Positions 16,562-25,476 are shown, counted from the stretch's first letter. The stretch: DNA of 64,000 bases from an uncultured delta proteobacterium (GCA_963745025.1 CAVUWD010000011.1:160001-224000), one strand, 5' to 3'. Notes: a model not told the origin generated them from the letters alone. Numbers and translations: made by a program.

Positions 16562-18481
16562 ATGGGATCCAAAGGCTCTTGGGTTTCGCTCGCGCTGGCG
16601 GTACCGCTGGCGCTGGCGGCTCCCGCGCATGCCAAGCTCTCCAAAGGGGATCCGGCGCCGCCATTCGAGCTCACCAGCGTGGGCGGCGGTTCGGTGTCGT
16701 CGCAGACGCTGGCGCAGGGCGGCTTGGCGATTCTCACGTTCATCTCGCTCGACTCCAAGCCGTCGCGCGAGCTGGCCATCAATCTGGCGGGCCTTGCCAA
16801 GGATCATGAGAAGAAAGGCCTCACCGTGGTCGCCGTCGCCGCGGACAGCGCCGACAAGCTGAAGGAGTTCACTTCCGGACAGCAGCTCAGCTATTCGGTC
16901 TGCGCCGATCCATCCAAGGAAACGGTCAAGCGCTATGGCGCCGAGAACGTCGTGCCGATCACCTACTTGATCGCGCCGGGAGGTACGATCGCCGAGATCA
17001 TCCCCGGTGGGGGGGCCGGCGTGCAGCAGGTGCTGATCGCGGTCGCCGAGAAGGAATTCGCGCGTGGCAACACCTCTTCGGCGAGCCAACTCTATGCGCA
17101 GGTCGCCAAGGAGGACCCGAAGAACGTGAACGCGCGCGCCGGTCTCGGCTTCGCGTTGGCGAAGGAAGGCAAGCTCGAGCGCGCCGAGGAGGAGTTCAAG
17201 CGCCTCGAAGGCGCCGGAGCCGAGGGCGCCGCCGCGGCCTCGGAAGGGCTCGCCGAGGTGAAGCTGCGCAAGGGAGACCTCGACGGCGCGCTCACGCAGA
17301 TCGCCAAGGTGCCCCCCGACTCGAGCTACGGCCACGTAGTTCGCGGCGAGGTCGCCGCGCGTCGCGGCAATCTCGGCGAAGCGGCGAACCAATTCGAAGC
17401 GGCGACCACGGCGAAGCGTTCGACGTTCCCGTGGCAGCAAGGGGTCGCGTTCAACAACCTCGCCAACGTGTCGGGGCAGAAGGGAGACGCCGCGGCCGCC
17501 ATCAAGAGCTATGACAAGGCGATCAGCGCCGAGCCCTTCCTCGTCGAAGCGCGGAGCAACAAGGGCGCGGCGCTCCAGAAGGCCGGGCGCCTCGACGAAG
17601 CCAAGAAGACCCTCGCCTCGGCTCGAGCGATCGCTCCCTCGGATGAGCTCGTGGCGACGCTCCTCCGCCGCGTCGAGGAGCAGGAAAAGGCCAAGCTCGA
17701 CCTCGAGCGCGAAAAGCTGCAGAACCAGCTCGTCAACGAGCTCGTGGAGGCGTTTCGCAAGGGCAAGGCGGCGCCGCCTGCGGCCGACGACTGGTCACCC
17801 CGGGCTCTCGTGGTCTCGTTCCTCGACTTCCAGAACCGGCTCGGTCCGCTGGCACGCGAAGGTCTCGACGAGGCGTTCCTGTTGAACCTCACCCGGCGGC
17901 TCCAGGATTCCGGACGCCTCAAGGTCGTGGAGCGCGAGATCATCGACAAGCTGCTCTCCGAGCTGAAGCTCGGCTCGTCCGAGCTCGCCGACCCCTCCAC
18001 GCGGCTCAAGCTCGGCCGCGTGCTCGCGGCGTCGGTCATCGGCACCGGCGGCTTCTATCCGAACGACTCGAAGAGCGAGCTGCAGCTGCGGTTGATCGAC
18101 ACGGAGACGACCGACATTCGTTCGACCCTGGCGGACAACCTGAGCGATCCCGCGCAGGTCGCGACCTTCGCCGAACAGGTCGCGGACAAGATCGTCAAGA
18201 CGCTCAAGGCCGACTATCCTCTCAGGGGCAAGATCGCGTCGGTCGAGGGCGATGAGATCGTCGTCGGCGTCGGCCGCAAGCACGGCGCCCAGCAGGGACT
18301 CCGCTTCCGCGTGGTGGAAGACGGAGAGGCCGTCACGGTCGACGGCGAGGTGGTTGGTCACAAGCAGAAGACCGTCGGAACATTGGAAGTCACCAAAGTG
18401 GAGGACGGATTCGCCTACGCCAAGCCGGTCGATGGCGCGAGCTTCAAGAAGGATCAGCATCTGATCGAGGCCGCGCAGTGA
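16562..18481 (+). CDS. Exported protein: redoxin-like domain (CxxC replaced by SxxS) + TPR array + CsgG/FlgT-like domain + beta-rich C-terminus
   Basis: AGGAGG RBS, signal peptide; GDPAPPFEL..LTFISLDSKPS..PITYLI; TPRs; LKVVEREIIDKLLSELKL..LGRVLAA..LRLIDTET; IVVGVGRKHGAQQG (FlgT-C-like). Confidence 0.8.
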   Translation: MGSKGSWVSLALAVPLALAAPAHAKLSKGDPAPPFELTSVGGGSVSSQTLAQGGLAILTFISLDSKPSRELAINLAGLAKDHEKKGLTVVAVAADSADKLKEFTSGQQLSYSVCADPSKETVKRYGAENVVPITYLIAPGGTIAEIIPGGGAGVQQVLIAVAEKEFARGNTSSASQLYAQVAKEDPKNVNARAGLGFALAKEGKLERAEEEFKRLEGAGAEGAAAASEGLAEVKLRKGDLDGALTQIAKVPPDSSYGHVVRGEVAARRGNLGEAANQFEAATTAKRSTFPWQQGVAFNNLANVSGQKGDAAAAIKSYDKAISAEPFLVEARSNKGAALQKAGRLDEAKKTLASARAIAPSDELVATLLRRVEEQEKAKLDLEREKLQNQLVNELVEAFRKGKAAPPAADDWSPRALVVSFLDFQNRLGPLAREGLDEAFLLNLTRRLQDSGRLKVVEREIIDKLLSELKLGSSELADPSTRLKLGRVLAASVIGTGGFYPNDSKSELQLRLIDTETTDIRSTLADNLSDPAQVATFAEQVADKIVKTLKADYPLRGKIASVEGDEIVVGVGRKHGAQQGLRFRVVEDGEAVTVDGEVVGHKQKTVGTLEVTKVEDGFAYAKPVDGASFKKDQHLIEAAQ

Positions 18482-18503
18482 ACGCAGACCCTCGAGGAAC
18501 GGC

Positions 18504-19244
18504 ATGAGAGCCGCTCTTCGCTCCCTACTGGTGGTGGTGAGCGTGAGCGGCTGGCTCGGAGCCTGCTCGACGGCGTCGAAAACGACGTCGGCTCCGCCCG
18601 CTCCGCCCGCTCCGCCGCCGAGCCTGCGGCGCCAGACCGTCGCGGTGTTTCCGTTCGCAAACGACGGAGTGGCCGGGCATGAACGGCTCGACTTTTTGCG
18701 CGATTGGCTCGCCGATTCGTTGGGGGCCTCGCTGCAGACATCCGGGGAGCTGCGAGTCGTCGAGCGGCGCGAGCTTCTCAAGATTCTCCAGGAGCAAAAG
18801 CTCGGGTCGTCCGCGCTCGCCTCGAAAGAGGGCCGCCTGGAGCTCGGAAAGATCGCCGGCGCCCAGACGCTGATCTTCGGCAATTTCGCCGCCGTCGGCG
18901 ACGGCCTGCAGATCAGCGCGCGCATCGTCGACGTCGAGAGCGGGGTGATTCTCAAATCATCGAGCGTGCACGGAAGCGTCGACTCGGCACGCGCGCTCGG
19001 AGAGGATCTGTCACGGCGCCTCGCGCACGACCTGGGCATCTCCATCGCGCGCGCGGCGCAGGCTTCGGGCGTGGCGGACGACCGCGCGCTGGCCGAAGCG
19101 GAGCTCTTCTACCAGGGGATGCGCCTCGAGAAGCAGGGAGAGAGCGATCGGGCGATCGAAAGCTACCGTCAGGCGTTGGCGATCGACCCCAACGACCGTG
19201 AGGCAAAAGAGCGCTTGCGGAAGTTGCTCAGTGCTTCGCACTGA
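18504..19244 (+). CDS. CsgG/FlgO/TolB-N-like lipoprotein with C-terminal TPR
   Basis: Lipobox LGA-C; VAVFPFAN, LRVVERRELLKILQEQKL, LGKIAGA, ISARIVDVESG; AIESYRQALAIDPN. Confidence 0.85.
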   Translation: MRAALRSLLVVVSVSGWLGACSTASKTTSAPPAPPAPPPSLRRQTVAVFPFANDGVAGHERLDFLRDWLADSLGASLQTSGELRVVERRELLKILQEQKLGSSALASKEGRLELGKIAGAQTLIFGNFAAVGDGLQISARIVDVESGVILKSSSVHGSVDSARALGEDLSRRLAHDLGISIARAAQASGVADDRALAEAELFYQGMRLEKQGESDRAIESYRQALAIDPNDREAKERLRKLLSASH

Positions 19245-19277
19245 GGATATGTAACCGGCACCTCGGCAAGTAGCGGG

Positions 19278-19976
19278 ATGGCCACCGTGACTCTATACGC
19301 GCGAACCGACATTGGGCTCGTCCGCACCAACAACGAGGACAGCTATTTCACCGATCCCGAGCGATGCTTGGCGATCGTCGCCGACGGCATGGGCGGACAC
19401 GCCGGGGGCGAGGTGGCGAGCAAGATCGCGGTCGACACCATTTCCGAAGAGCTGAAGGGTCCAGGCTCGATCTGGCCTTTCGGACGCACGCAGCGCGAGC
19501 GAAATCGGATCGTCGAGTCGATCCGGCTGGCGAATCGGCGCGTTCGGGACGCGGCCCAGCAAGACACCTCGCTGACGGGCATGGGAACCACCGTCGTGGT
19601 CCTGTGGGTCCACGGCCGACGAGCTCACGTGGCCCACGTCGGCGATAGCCGCATCTACCGCTATCGCAGGGGAGGTCTCGTGCAGCTCACGCGAGACCAT
19701 TCTTGGCCTTCGGAAGAAGCGTCGATGCGGAACGTCTTGACGCGCGCGGTCGGCGCGGAGGACAATGTCGAGGTCGATCACCGCACGCTGGACGTGGTGT
19801 CCGGGGACATCTTTCTGCTCTGCTCCGACGGCTTGACGCGTCCGGTCGGAGACGACGGCATCGTGCGCGCGCTTCGGGATTTCAAGAACGGCGAGGAGGC
19901 GAGTCAGCGGCTGGTCGATCTCGCCAAAGAAAAGGGCGCGCCCGACAACGTGACGGTCGTGCTCGCGTACTGCTGA
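19278..19976 (+). CDS. PP2C/Stp1-family Ser/Thr phosphatase
   Basis: RTNNEDS, VADGMGGHAGGEVAS, GMGTT, HVGDSR, CSDGL, DNVT. Confidence 0.95.
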   Translation: MATVTLYARTDIGLVRTNNEDSYFTDPERCLAIVADGMGGHAGGEVASKIAVDTISEELKGPGSIWPFGRTQRERNRIVESIRLANRRVRDAAQQDTSLTGMGTTVVVLWVHGRRAHVAHVGDSRIYRYRRGGLVQLTRDHSWPSEEASMRNVLTRAVGAEDNVEVDHRTLDVVSGDIFLLCSDGLTRPVGDDGIVRALRDFKNGEEASQRLVDLAKEKGAPDNVTVVLAYC

Positions 19977-20704
19977 TGGCGAACCTGCCGTACTTTCAAG
20001 TCGAGGTCGGCGCCGAGCGTCAGCGATTCGAGATGCCCGAGGCGGAGCCGGAGGTGGTCGTCGGCCGGGCAACCGGCTGCCACTGGATCATCGCGTCGGG
20101 GGCCGTATCGCGCCGACATGCTCGGCTCGTCCGCCACGGTAGCGAGATCACGATCGAAGACCTCGGCAGCTCCAACGGGACGTTCGTCAACGGCGAACGG
20201 CTGAGCGCGCCGCGCGAGCTGCGCGATCAGGACCGCGTGCAGCTCGGCGCGGTCGAGATTCGCTTCGTGATGCCGCCAGAGGAGCCGAGTGCCGATGCGA
20301 CGATCGCGCTGAGCGCCCTGCCCAAGATCGCACCGGTGGCGCCGCCACCGACCACGCAACCCGTCGAGACCAAAACGGCGGGCGAGGCACCGGTCACAAG
20401 CGGTAGAGGAATCAGGACGCACACCCCGCCGGCGCCCCCGCCCCCCGCACCGATCCCGGAAGAGCTCCCCGCGGAGCTTCCGACTGCGACGCGGGCAGCC
20501 GAGACGCCCCCACCGCCGGAGCACGCTCGCGCGTCGCTGCCCGTTCCAGCTCCGGCGTCGCCCAGCGAGCGCTCGAAGTGGTCCGGTGCGTTTCTGGGAG
20601 GAGACGGCTCGAAACCGACGATCGCGGAGCTAGCCATCATCGCGGGAGGCAGCTTCCTGCTGGTGTTCGTGATCGGCGCTCTACTGATTCGATTCGTGTT
20701 CTGA
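19976..20704 (+). CDS. FHA-domain protein with Pro-rich linker and C-terminal TM helix
   Basis: ATG 19976 overlaps the phosphatase stop; GR..SRRHA..DLGSSNGTFVNG FHA motifs. Confidence 0.92.
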   Translation: MANLPYFQVEVGAERQRFEMPEAEPEVVVGRATGCHWIIASGAVSRRHARLVRHGSEITIEDLGSSNGTFVNGERLSAPRELRDQDRVQLGAVEIRFVMPPEEPSADATIALSALPKIAPVAPPPTTQPVETKTAGEAPVTSGRGIRTHTPPAPPPPAPIPEELPAELPTATRAAETPPPPEHARASLPVPAPASPSERSKWSGAFLGGDGSKPTIAELAIIAGGSFLLVFVIGALLIRFVF

Positions 20705-20962
20705 CCTTCGAGCGAAATGAATCGAATGCTCGGAACGCGTCGAGCCCGCCCCTAGCGTAGCCGCGTCGCGAGCGCCCTCGGGATTCACTCGCGTTGCGGT
20801 CCGCAGCTTTGCCCGAAGAACCTTTCGTCCTCCGCTACCCTGGTCTTCGGCAAACGAGATTGCTCTCGTCCGCCGCCCGGGTCTCTATGGAAGTGAACCG
20901 ACGACTCTTCCAGCGGAACTCTCATCCGCTGGGCACCTGCGCCTTCGTAGCGCACTTTCGCT

Positions 20963-22051
20963 TCAAGGCCAGGCAAACGCGGCGTTGGCGATCTCGACCG
21001 CGGAAAGCACCTCGAAGCGCGCCTTGCCGATCGCTTCGAGACCAACGAACTTGATCTTACCCCCGCCGGCTTTCTTGTCCACCTCGACCGCGAGAGCCAG
21101 TTGATCGGCAGAGAGGTCGGAGGGAACCGCGGTCGGCAAGCCGAGACGGCGCAGCAACCCTTCGATTCGCTCCACGTCGGATCGCGGAAGCCACCCCAGC
21201 ACCTGCGATAGCCGCGCGGCACGAACCATCCCGATCGCGACCGCCTCGCCGTGCAGCAGTCGACGGTATTCGGTCAAGGCCTCGATTGCGTGGCCGAGCG
21301 TGTGGCCGAAATTGAGAATCGCTCGGTAGTCGCCTTCCCGCTCGTCCCGTTCGACGACCGTCACCTTCAGCCGGCAGGAGGTCGCGACGACCTCGCTCAG
21401 CAACGGCTCATCCTGACGAAGCACGGCGGGCACGTTGCGGTCGAGGCGAGCGAACAACTCGGCGTCCAGAATCGCGCCGTATTTCACCACTTCCGCCAGT
21501 CCGGCGACGTATTCGCGGCGCGCAAGACTCTTCAACGTATCGATGTCGATCGCCACCAGACGTGGCTGGTGGAAGGCGCCGATGAGATTCTTGCCGGATG
21601 CGTGGTTGATGCCCGTCTTGCCGCCGATCGAAGCATCGACTTGCGCCAGCAGCGTGGTGGGCACTTGGACGAAGGGTACACCGCGAAGGACGGTTGCCGC
21701 GGCGAATCCGGCGAGATCGCCGACCACGCCCCCGCCGACGGCCACGATCGGCGACGAGCGCTCGATGTGCGCCTCGATCAACCGATCGTAGACGAGCGCG
21801 AGCCACGCGAGGTTCTTGTGTTGCTCTCCCTCGGGGATCTGAATTTCGGCTACCGCGAAGTCGGCGGCCCGAAGCGAGGCGGCGACGGCCGGCACGTAGA
21901 GCGGTGCCACCCGCGAATCGCTGATCACGACCGCACGAATCGCCTGGCCGCCGACCGCCGCTCGCACGCGAGCGCCGATTCCGTCGAGCCAACCGGCGCC
22001 GATCAAGATCGGATAGGAACGGTCCCCGAGCGAGACGCGGATCTCCTGCAC
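20963..22051 (-). CDS. aroB: 3-dehydroquinate synthase
   Basis: GTG 22051; [48 protein letters not shown]. Confidence 0.97.
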   Translation of the reverse strand: MQEIRVSLGDRSYPILIGAGWLDGIGARVRAAVGGQAIRAVVISDSRVAPLYVPAVAASLRAADFAVAEIQIPEGEQHKNLAWLALVYDRLIEAHIERSSPIVAVGGGVVGDLAGFAAATVLRGVPFVQVPTTLLAQVDASIGGKTGINHASGKNLIGAFHQPRLVAIDIDTLKSLARREYVAGLAEVVKYGAILDAELFARLDRNVPAVLRQDEPLLSEVVATSCRLKVTVVERDEREGDYRAILNFGHTLGHAIEALTEYRRLLHGEAVAIGMVRAARLSQVLGWLPRSDVERIEGLLRRLGLPTAVPSDLSADQLALAVEVDKKAGGGKIKFVGLEAIGKARFEVLSAVEIANAAFAWP

Positions 22052-22056
22052 GATCG

Positions 22057-22596
22057 CTACCTCGAAGAATTCCGGATTGGTAAGACTCGCGCGCCGGCCA
22101 GCCACTCGACGATCGCGTCGGCGACCTCCTCGGGGCTTCTTCGCGAGGTGTCGATGATCAGATCGGCATCGCCGTACGCTCCGGCGCGTTCGCCGAGCAG
22201 GCTCCGGATCCGCGCCTCGCGGCCATTCGCATCGGCGAGCAGCGGGCGATCGCGGCCGCTTCCGAGCCGACCGAGGATCGTATCGGGATCGGCCGTCAGG
22301 CAGACGAGCGTTCCCGAAGCCCGCATCGCGGCGCGGTTTCGGGAATCCACCACCGCGCCCCCGCCCGTTGCGATCACGGCGCTCTCGAGCGCGCACAATC
22401 GCTCCAGCGTTCGACGCTCCCGCGCGCGGAACTCCGCCTCGCCGAGGCGGTCGAAGATGTCGGCGACGCTCATTCCCGCCTCACGCTCGATCTCCACGTC
22501 GGCGTCGAGGAACGGCATGCCAAGACGCCGCGCCAGCCAACGCCCGACGAGGGTCTTCCCGGTCGCCATGAAGCCCGTGAGGAAGACGTTGTTCAT
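22057..22596 (-). CDS. aroK: Shikimate kinase
   Basis: GFMATGKT P-loop, GEAEFR, ATGGG, RPLL. Confidence 0.96.
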   Translation of the reverse strand: MNNVFLTGFMATGKTLVGRWLARRLGMPFLDADVEIEREAGMSVADIFDRLGEAEFRARERRTLERLCALESAVIATGGGAVVDSRNRAAMRASGTLVCLTADPDTILGRLGSGRDRPLLADANGREARIRSLLGERAGAYGDADLIIDTSRRSPEEVADAIVEWLAGARVLPIRNSSR

Positions 22597-22620
22597 GGAC
22601 GGACGTCCGCGCCGCTCGTC

Positions 22621-23784
22621 CTAGTAGCGACGGACCTGATCGAGATAGCCCTGGTAGTTCCGTCGGATCTCGAGCAGCGAGTCGCCGCCGAACTTCTCGA
22701 GAAACACGCGAGCGAGCTCGAAGGCGACGACGCTTTCGGCGATCACGGCCGCGGCCGGGATGGCGCACACGTCCGAGCGCTCGATCGCCCCAACCGCCTC
22801 GCGCTTCGAACGCAGGTCGACGGAGTGGAGCGGGCTCATCAGCGTCGAGAGCGGCTTGAACGCGACGCGGACGGTAAGCGGCGCGCCGCTCGTCATGCCG
22901 CCCTCCGTGCCGCCGGCATTGTTGGTGCGCCGCACGAACTCTTGGCTGCGCTCGTCGAAGAAGATCTCGTCGTGCACCTGCGATCCGGGCAAGCGCGCCA
23001 TGCGGAAGCCGAGCCCGATCTCGACGCCCTTGGCGGACTGCAGGCTGAGAAGCGCTCCACCGAGCCGACCGTCGATCTTGCGGTCGTAGTGGGCGTAGCT
23101 GCCGAGTCCGGGGGGTAGCCCGGTCGCCACGACCTCCACCACTCCGCCGAGCGTGTCGCCGCGCTCCTTCGACTGATCGATCGCGGCGATGATCCGCTGC
23201 TCGGCGGCGGCGTCGGCGACGCGGACGGCAGACGACTCGGCGCGCTCGAACACTTCTTCGGCGGCCAGGCGCGAATGGTCGGCCGCCACGGAGCCGATCT
23301 CCGCGACCCAGCCCATCACGCGAATGCCGAACGGCGAGAGCAGCTGCTTCGCCAGAGCGCCGACGGCCACACGGGTGGTCGTTTCGCGCGCGCTCGCCCG
23401 CTCCAAGACGTTCCGCACGTCGTCGTGGTTGTACTTGAGGACGCCGGCGAGGTCGGCATGACCGGGTCGAGGCCGCGTCACCGCGACGCTCGGGTCACGA
23501 TCGGCGGCTTCGGCAGACATTTTCTTCTGCCAGTTCTTCCAATCCCGGTTCTCGATCACCAGCGTGATCGGCGAACCCAGGGTTTCGCCCCAGCGGATTC
23601 CCGATTTGACGCCCGCCTCGTCCTTTTCGATCGCCATCCGCCCGCCGCGGCCGTATCCTTGCTGCCGGCGCCACAGGTCATGATTGATCGCGCCGACGTC
23701 GATCGGGAACCCTGCGGGGAGGCCCTCGACGATCGCCGTCAGGCACGGCCCGTGGGACTCTCCGGCGGTAAAGAAGCGAAGCAT
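22621..23784 (-). CDS. aroC: Chorismate synthase
   Basis: TAGESHG, RRQQGYGRGGRM, PRPGHAD, RASARET, NNAGGTEGGM, ERSD. Confidence 0.97.
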   Translation of the reverse strand: MLRFFTAGESHGPCLTAIVEGLPAGFPIDVGAINHDLWRRQQGYGRGGRMAIEKDEAGVKSGIRWGETLGSPITLVIENRDWKNWQKKMSAEAADRDPSVAVTRPRPGHADLAGVLKYNHDDVRNVLERASARETTTRVAVGALAKQLLSPFGIRVMGWVAEIGSVAADHSRLAAEEVFERAESSAVRVADAAAEQRIIAAIDQSKERGDTLGGVVEVVATGLPPGLGSYAHYDRKIDGRLGGALLSLQSAKGVEIGLGFRMARLPGSQVHDEIFFDERSQEFVRRTNNAGGTEGGMTSGAPLTVRVAFKPLSTLMSPLHSVDLRSKREAVGAIERSDVCAIPAAAVIAESVVAFELARVFLEKFGGDSLLEIRRNYQGYLDQVRRY

Positions 23785-23898
23785 GGGGAACTTCACTGTC
23801 TAACGAAATCCAGCAAGCAAGACAAACCAGCAGATGGCCTCCATGCCTTCCATGCCTTCCGTCTCTGCCATGTCACGAGCGTGCGCCGTGATCACAGC

Positions 23899-23946
23899 GG
23901 TCGAGCTTCCGGTCGAGCCGTACTCGGGTCGACCGGAAGCTCGACC
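23899..23946. repeat. 22-bp stem hairpin with conserved apex (copy 2, inverted)
   Basis: GGTCGAGCTTCCGGTCGAGCCG-TACT-CGGGTCGACCGGAAGCTCGACC, one mismatch. Confidence 0.85.
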
Positions 23947-24013
23947 CACCGCGCGGAGCGCGGAAGGCAATGCCCAACGGCGCGACGCGAGCCGTTCCGC
24001 GATTCGCGCGGTT

Positions 24014-24061
24014 GCGCTTGTTGGTGTTCGAACCGAGTACGGCTCGAACACCAACAAGCGC
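24014..24061. repeat. 22-bp stem hairpin with conserved apex (copy 3)
   Basis: GCGCTTGTTGGTGTTCGAACCG-AGTA-CGGCTCGAACACCAACAAGCGC, one mismatch. Confidence 0.85.
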
Positions 24062-24132
24062 GCTGATCATTCTGCGACGGTTTTGCGGAGTTCCTGCAAG
24101 AACTGCAGGCCTTACCCTGCGGGCTCTTCGCG

Positions 24133-25458
24133 TCACGAGCGCGGAGACGGCGTGGGCCTCTGACCTTCCGCGCGAACCGGCTCGCCTGCCGGTGGACGAA
24201 GCGGCGCGGAGCCATCGGAAATGCGGGTTGGCGTCGCCCGCTTCTCCGCGATCGCCGCCTCGAGGAGCTCCCAATCGACCTGCCTTGACCAGCCCCTCGC
24301 GGCGAGCAAGCGCAACGTCTCGCCGACGTAGTCGAATCCACTCTGGTAGATGTCGGGGTGCACCTCTACGTAGATCTCACCGTCGCGCTCACCGAGCTTC
24401 AGCGGCTGATAGACGAACTGCCCGATGGTCCCGACGTTCACCATCGCGAAGAGTCGCTCGATGTCTTCCGGATAGAGGCGGATGCAGCCATGCGTCACCT
24501 GCATCCCGATCCCCCATGGGATGTTGGTACCGTGAATCCCGTAGAGCGGCAGATTCAGGCGCAGGCGATAGCGGCCGAGCGGGTTCTCGGGATCGCCTCC
24601 GGGAATCATCGCGCGGGCATCGTTGCGCTCGCGGATGTGCTCCGCCCGGATACTCTCGGGAATCAGCCAAGGCGGATCGACGGCCTTTTCCGTGACCTTG
24701 AAGCGCTCGATAGGGGTTCGCCAGTCGTCGCGCCCGAGTCCGACTGGATAGGTGATGACGGTGCCCGGACTCGCGGATGGAAAGTAGTAGATCCGCATCT
24801 CCGGAATGTTGATGACCAGACCCCGGTAGTCGCTCTCGGGGAGTACCCACCAGGTCGGGAACTCGAGGGTCTCCCCGACCGGCGGCGCGAGGAAATCGAG
24901 ATTAGGAAAGGCCTCCGCCACCTGGTTGATGCCGAGCCCGAGGTGGCGAGCCGCCTCGTAGACCGTCTTCCCTTCGGGGAGCGTATACGGGGTCGGGTTG
25001 CCGATCACCGTTGCGAGACTGCGCTCGTCGAGCGAAAACGTGTGAGCGACCACCGGCCGCGGCGGAAAATCGGCCTCGCTCCAGTCGAAGCCCGGCATCG
25101 CGGTCAACGGGCTTCGGCGCGCAGGCGGCGCCTCGAGGTCAGCCGGAGGCTTCTGCTCCTGGTCCGGAGCGAAGACTTCGACCTGCGGCTCGCCTGCCAG
25201 CTCTGCCTCCGACACGCACTTGCGGTGGCGCAGGACGTACCCGCGCTCGCAGCTCCACATTCCGTAGCCGAAGCCGACCTCGACGGCATGCGGAGGCAAA
25301 TCCGAAGAAGCCTCCCTCGCCTCGGCGAGCCGTCGCTTCTTGACCGTCGGGGCGCATCCCCAGGCGATCGCGGCCGCAATGAAGGCGGCGACCAGCGCTG
25401 CCCACGGGGGGCGGGCCGCGGCATGACAACAAGCCTTCGTGTCGCTCACGATGCGCAC
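24133..25458 (-). CDS. L,D-transpeptidase (ErfK/YbiS/YcfS type, LysM-like + YkuD domains), probable lipoprotein
   Basis: INIPEMRIYYF, YPVGLGR, NPLGRY, YGIHGTN..GIGMQVTHGCIRL catalytic motif; AWG-C lipobox; start uncertain. Confidence 0.9.
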   Translation of the reverse strand: MRIVSDTKACCHAAARPPWAALVAAFIAAAIAWGCAPTVKKRRLAEAREASSDLPPHAVEVGFGYGMWSCERGYVLRHRKCVSEAELAGEPQVEVFAPDQEQKPPADLEAPPARRSPLTAMPGFDWSEADFPPRPVVAHTFSLDERSLATVIGNPTPYTLPEGKTVYEAARHLGLGINQVAEAFPNLDFLAPPVGETLEFPTWWVLPESDYRGLVINIPEMRIYYFPSASPGTVITYPVGLGRDDWRTPIERFKVTEKAVDPPWLIPESIRAEHIRERNDARAMIPGGDPENPLGRYRLRLNLPLYGIHGTNIPWGIGMQVTHGCIRLYPEDIERLFAMVNVGTIGQFVYQPLKLGERDGEIYVEVHPDIYQSGFDYVGETLRLLAARGWSRQVDWELLEAAIAEKRATPTRISDGSAPLRPPAGEPVRAEGQRPTPSPRS

Positions 25459-25476
25459 AGATGCTACCCAGGTCTA

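Noticed and set aside
5292-20704. Type VI secretion system or curli operon
   Set aside because: Only regulatory-type components and CsgG-like folds are present. There are no Hcp, VgrG, TssB/C, baseplate, CsgA/B or CsgE/F genes in the window.
3743-20704. Island as a prophage, ICE or transposon
   Set aside because: No integrase, transposase, tRNA target or flanking direct repeat was seen; mobility is unsupported beyond the synteny interruption.
20845-20900. c-di-GMP-I riboswitch (GGCAAA...CGGGTCT...ATGG resemblance)
   Set aside because: Lacks the GAAA loop and GACGCAAAGC core, and has no downstream gene in the same orientation.
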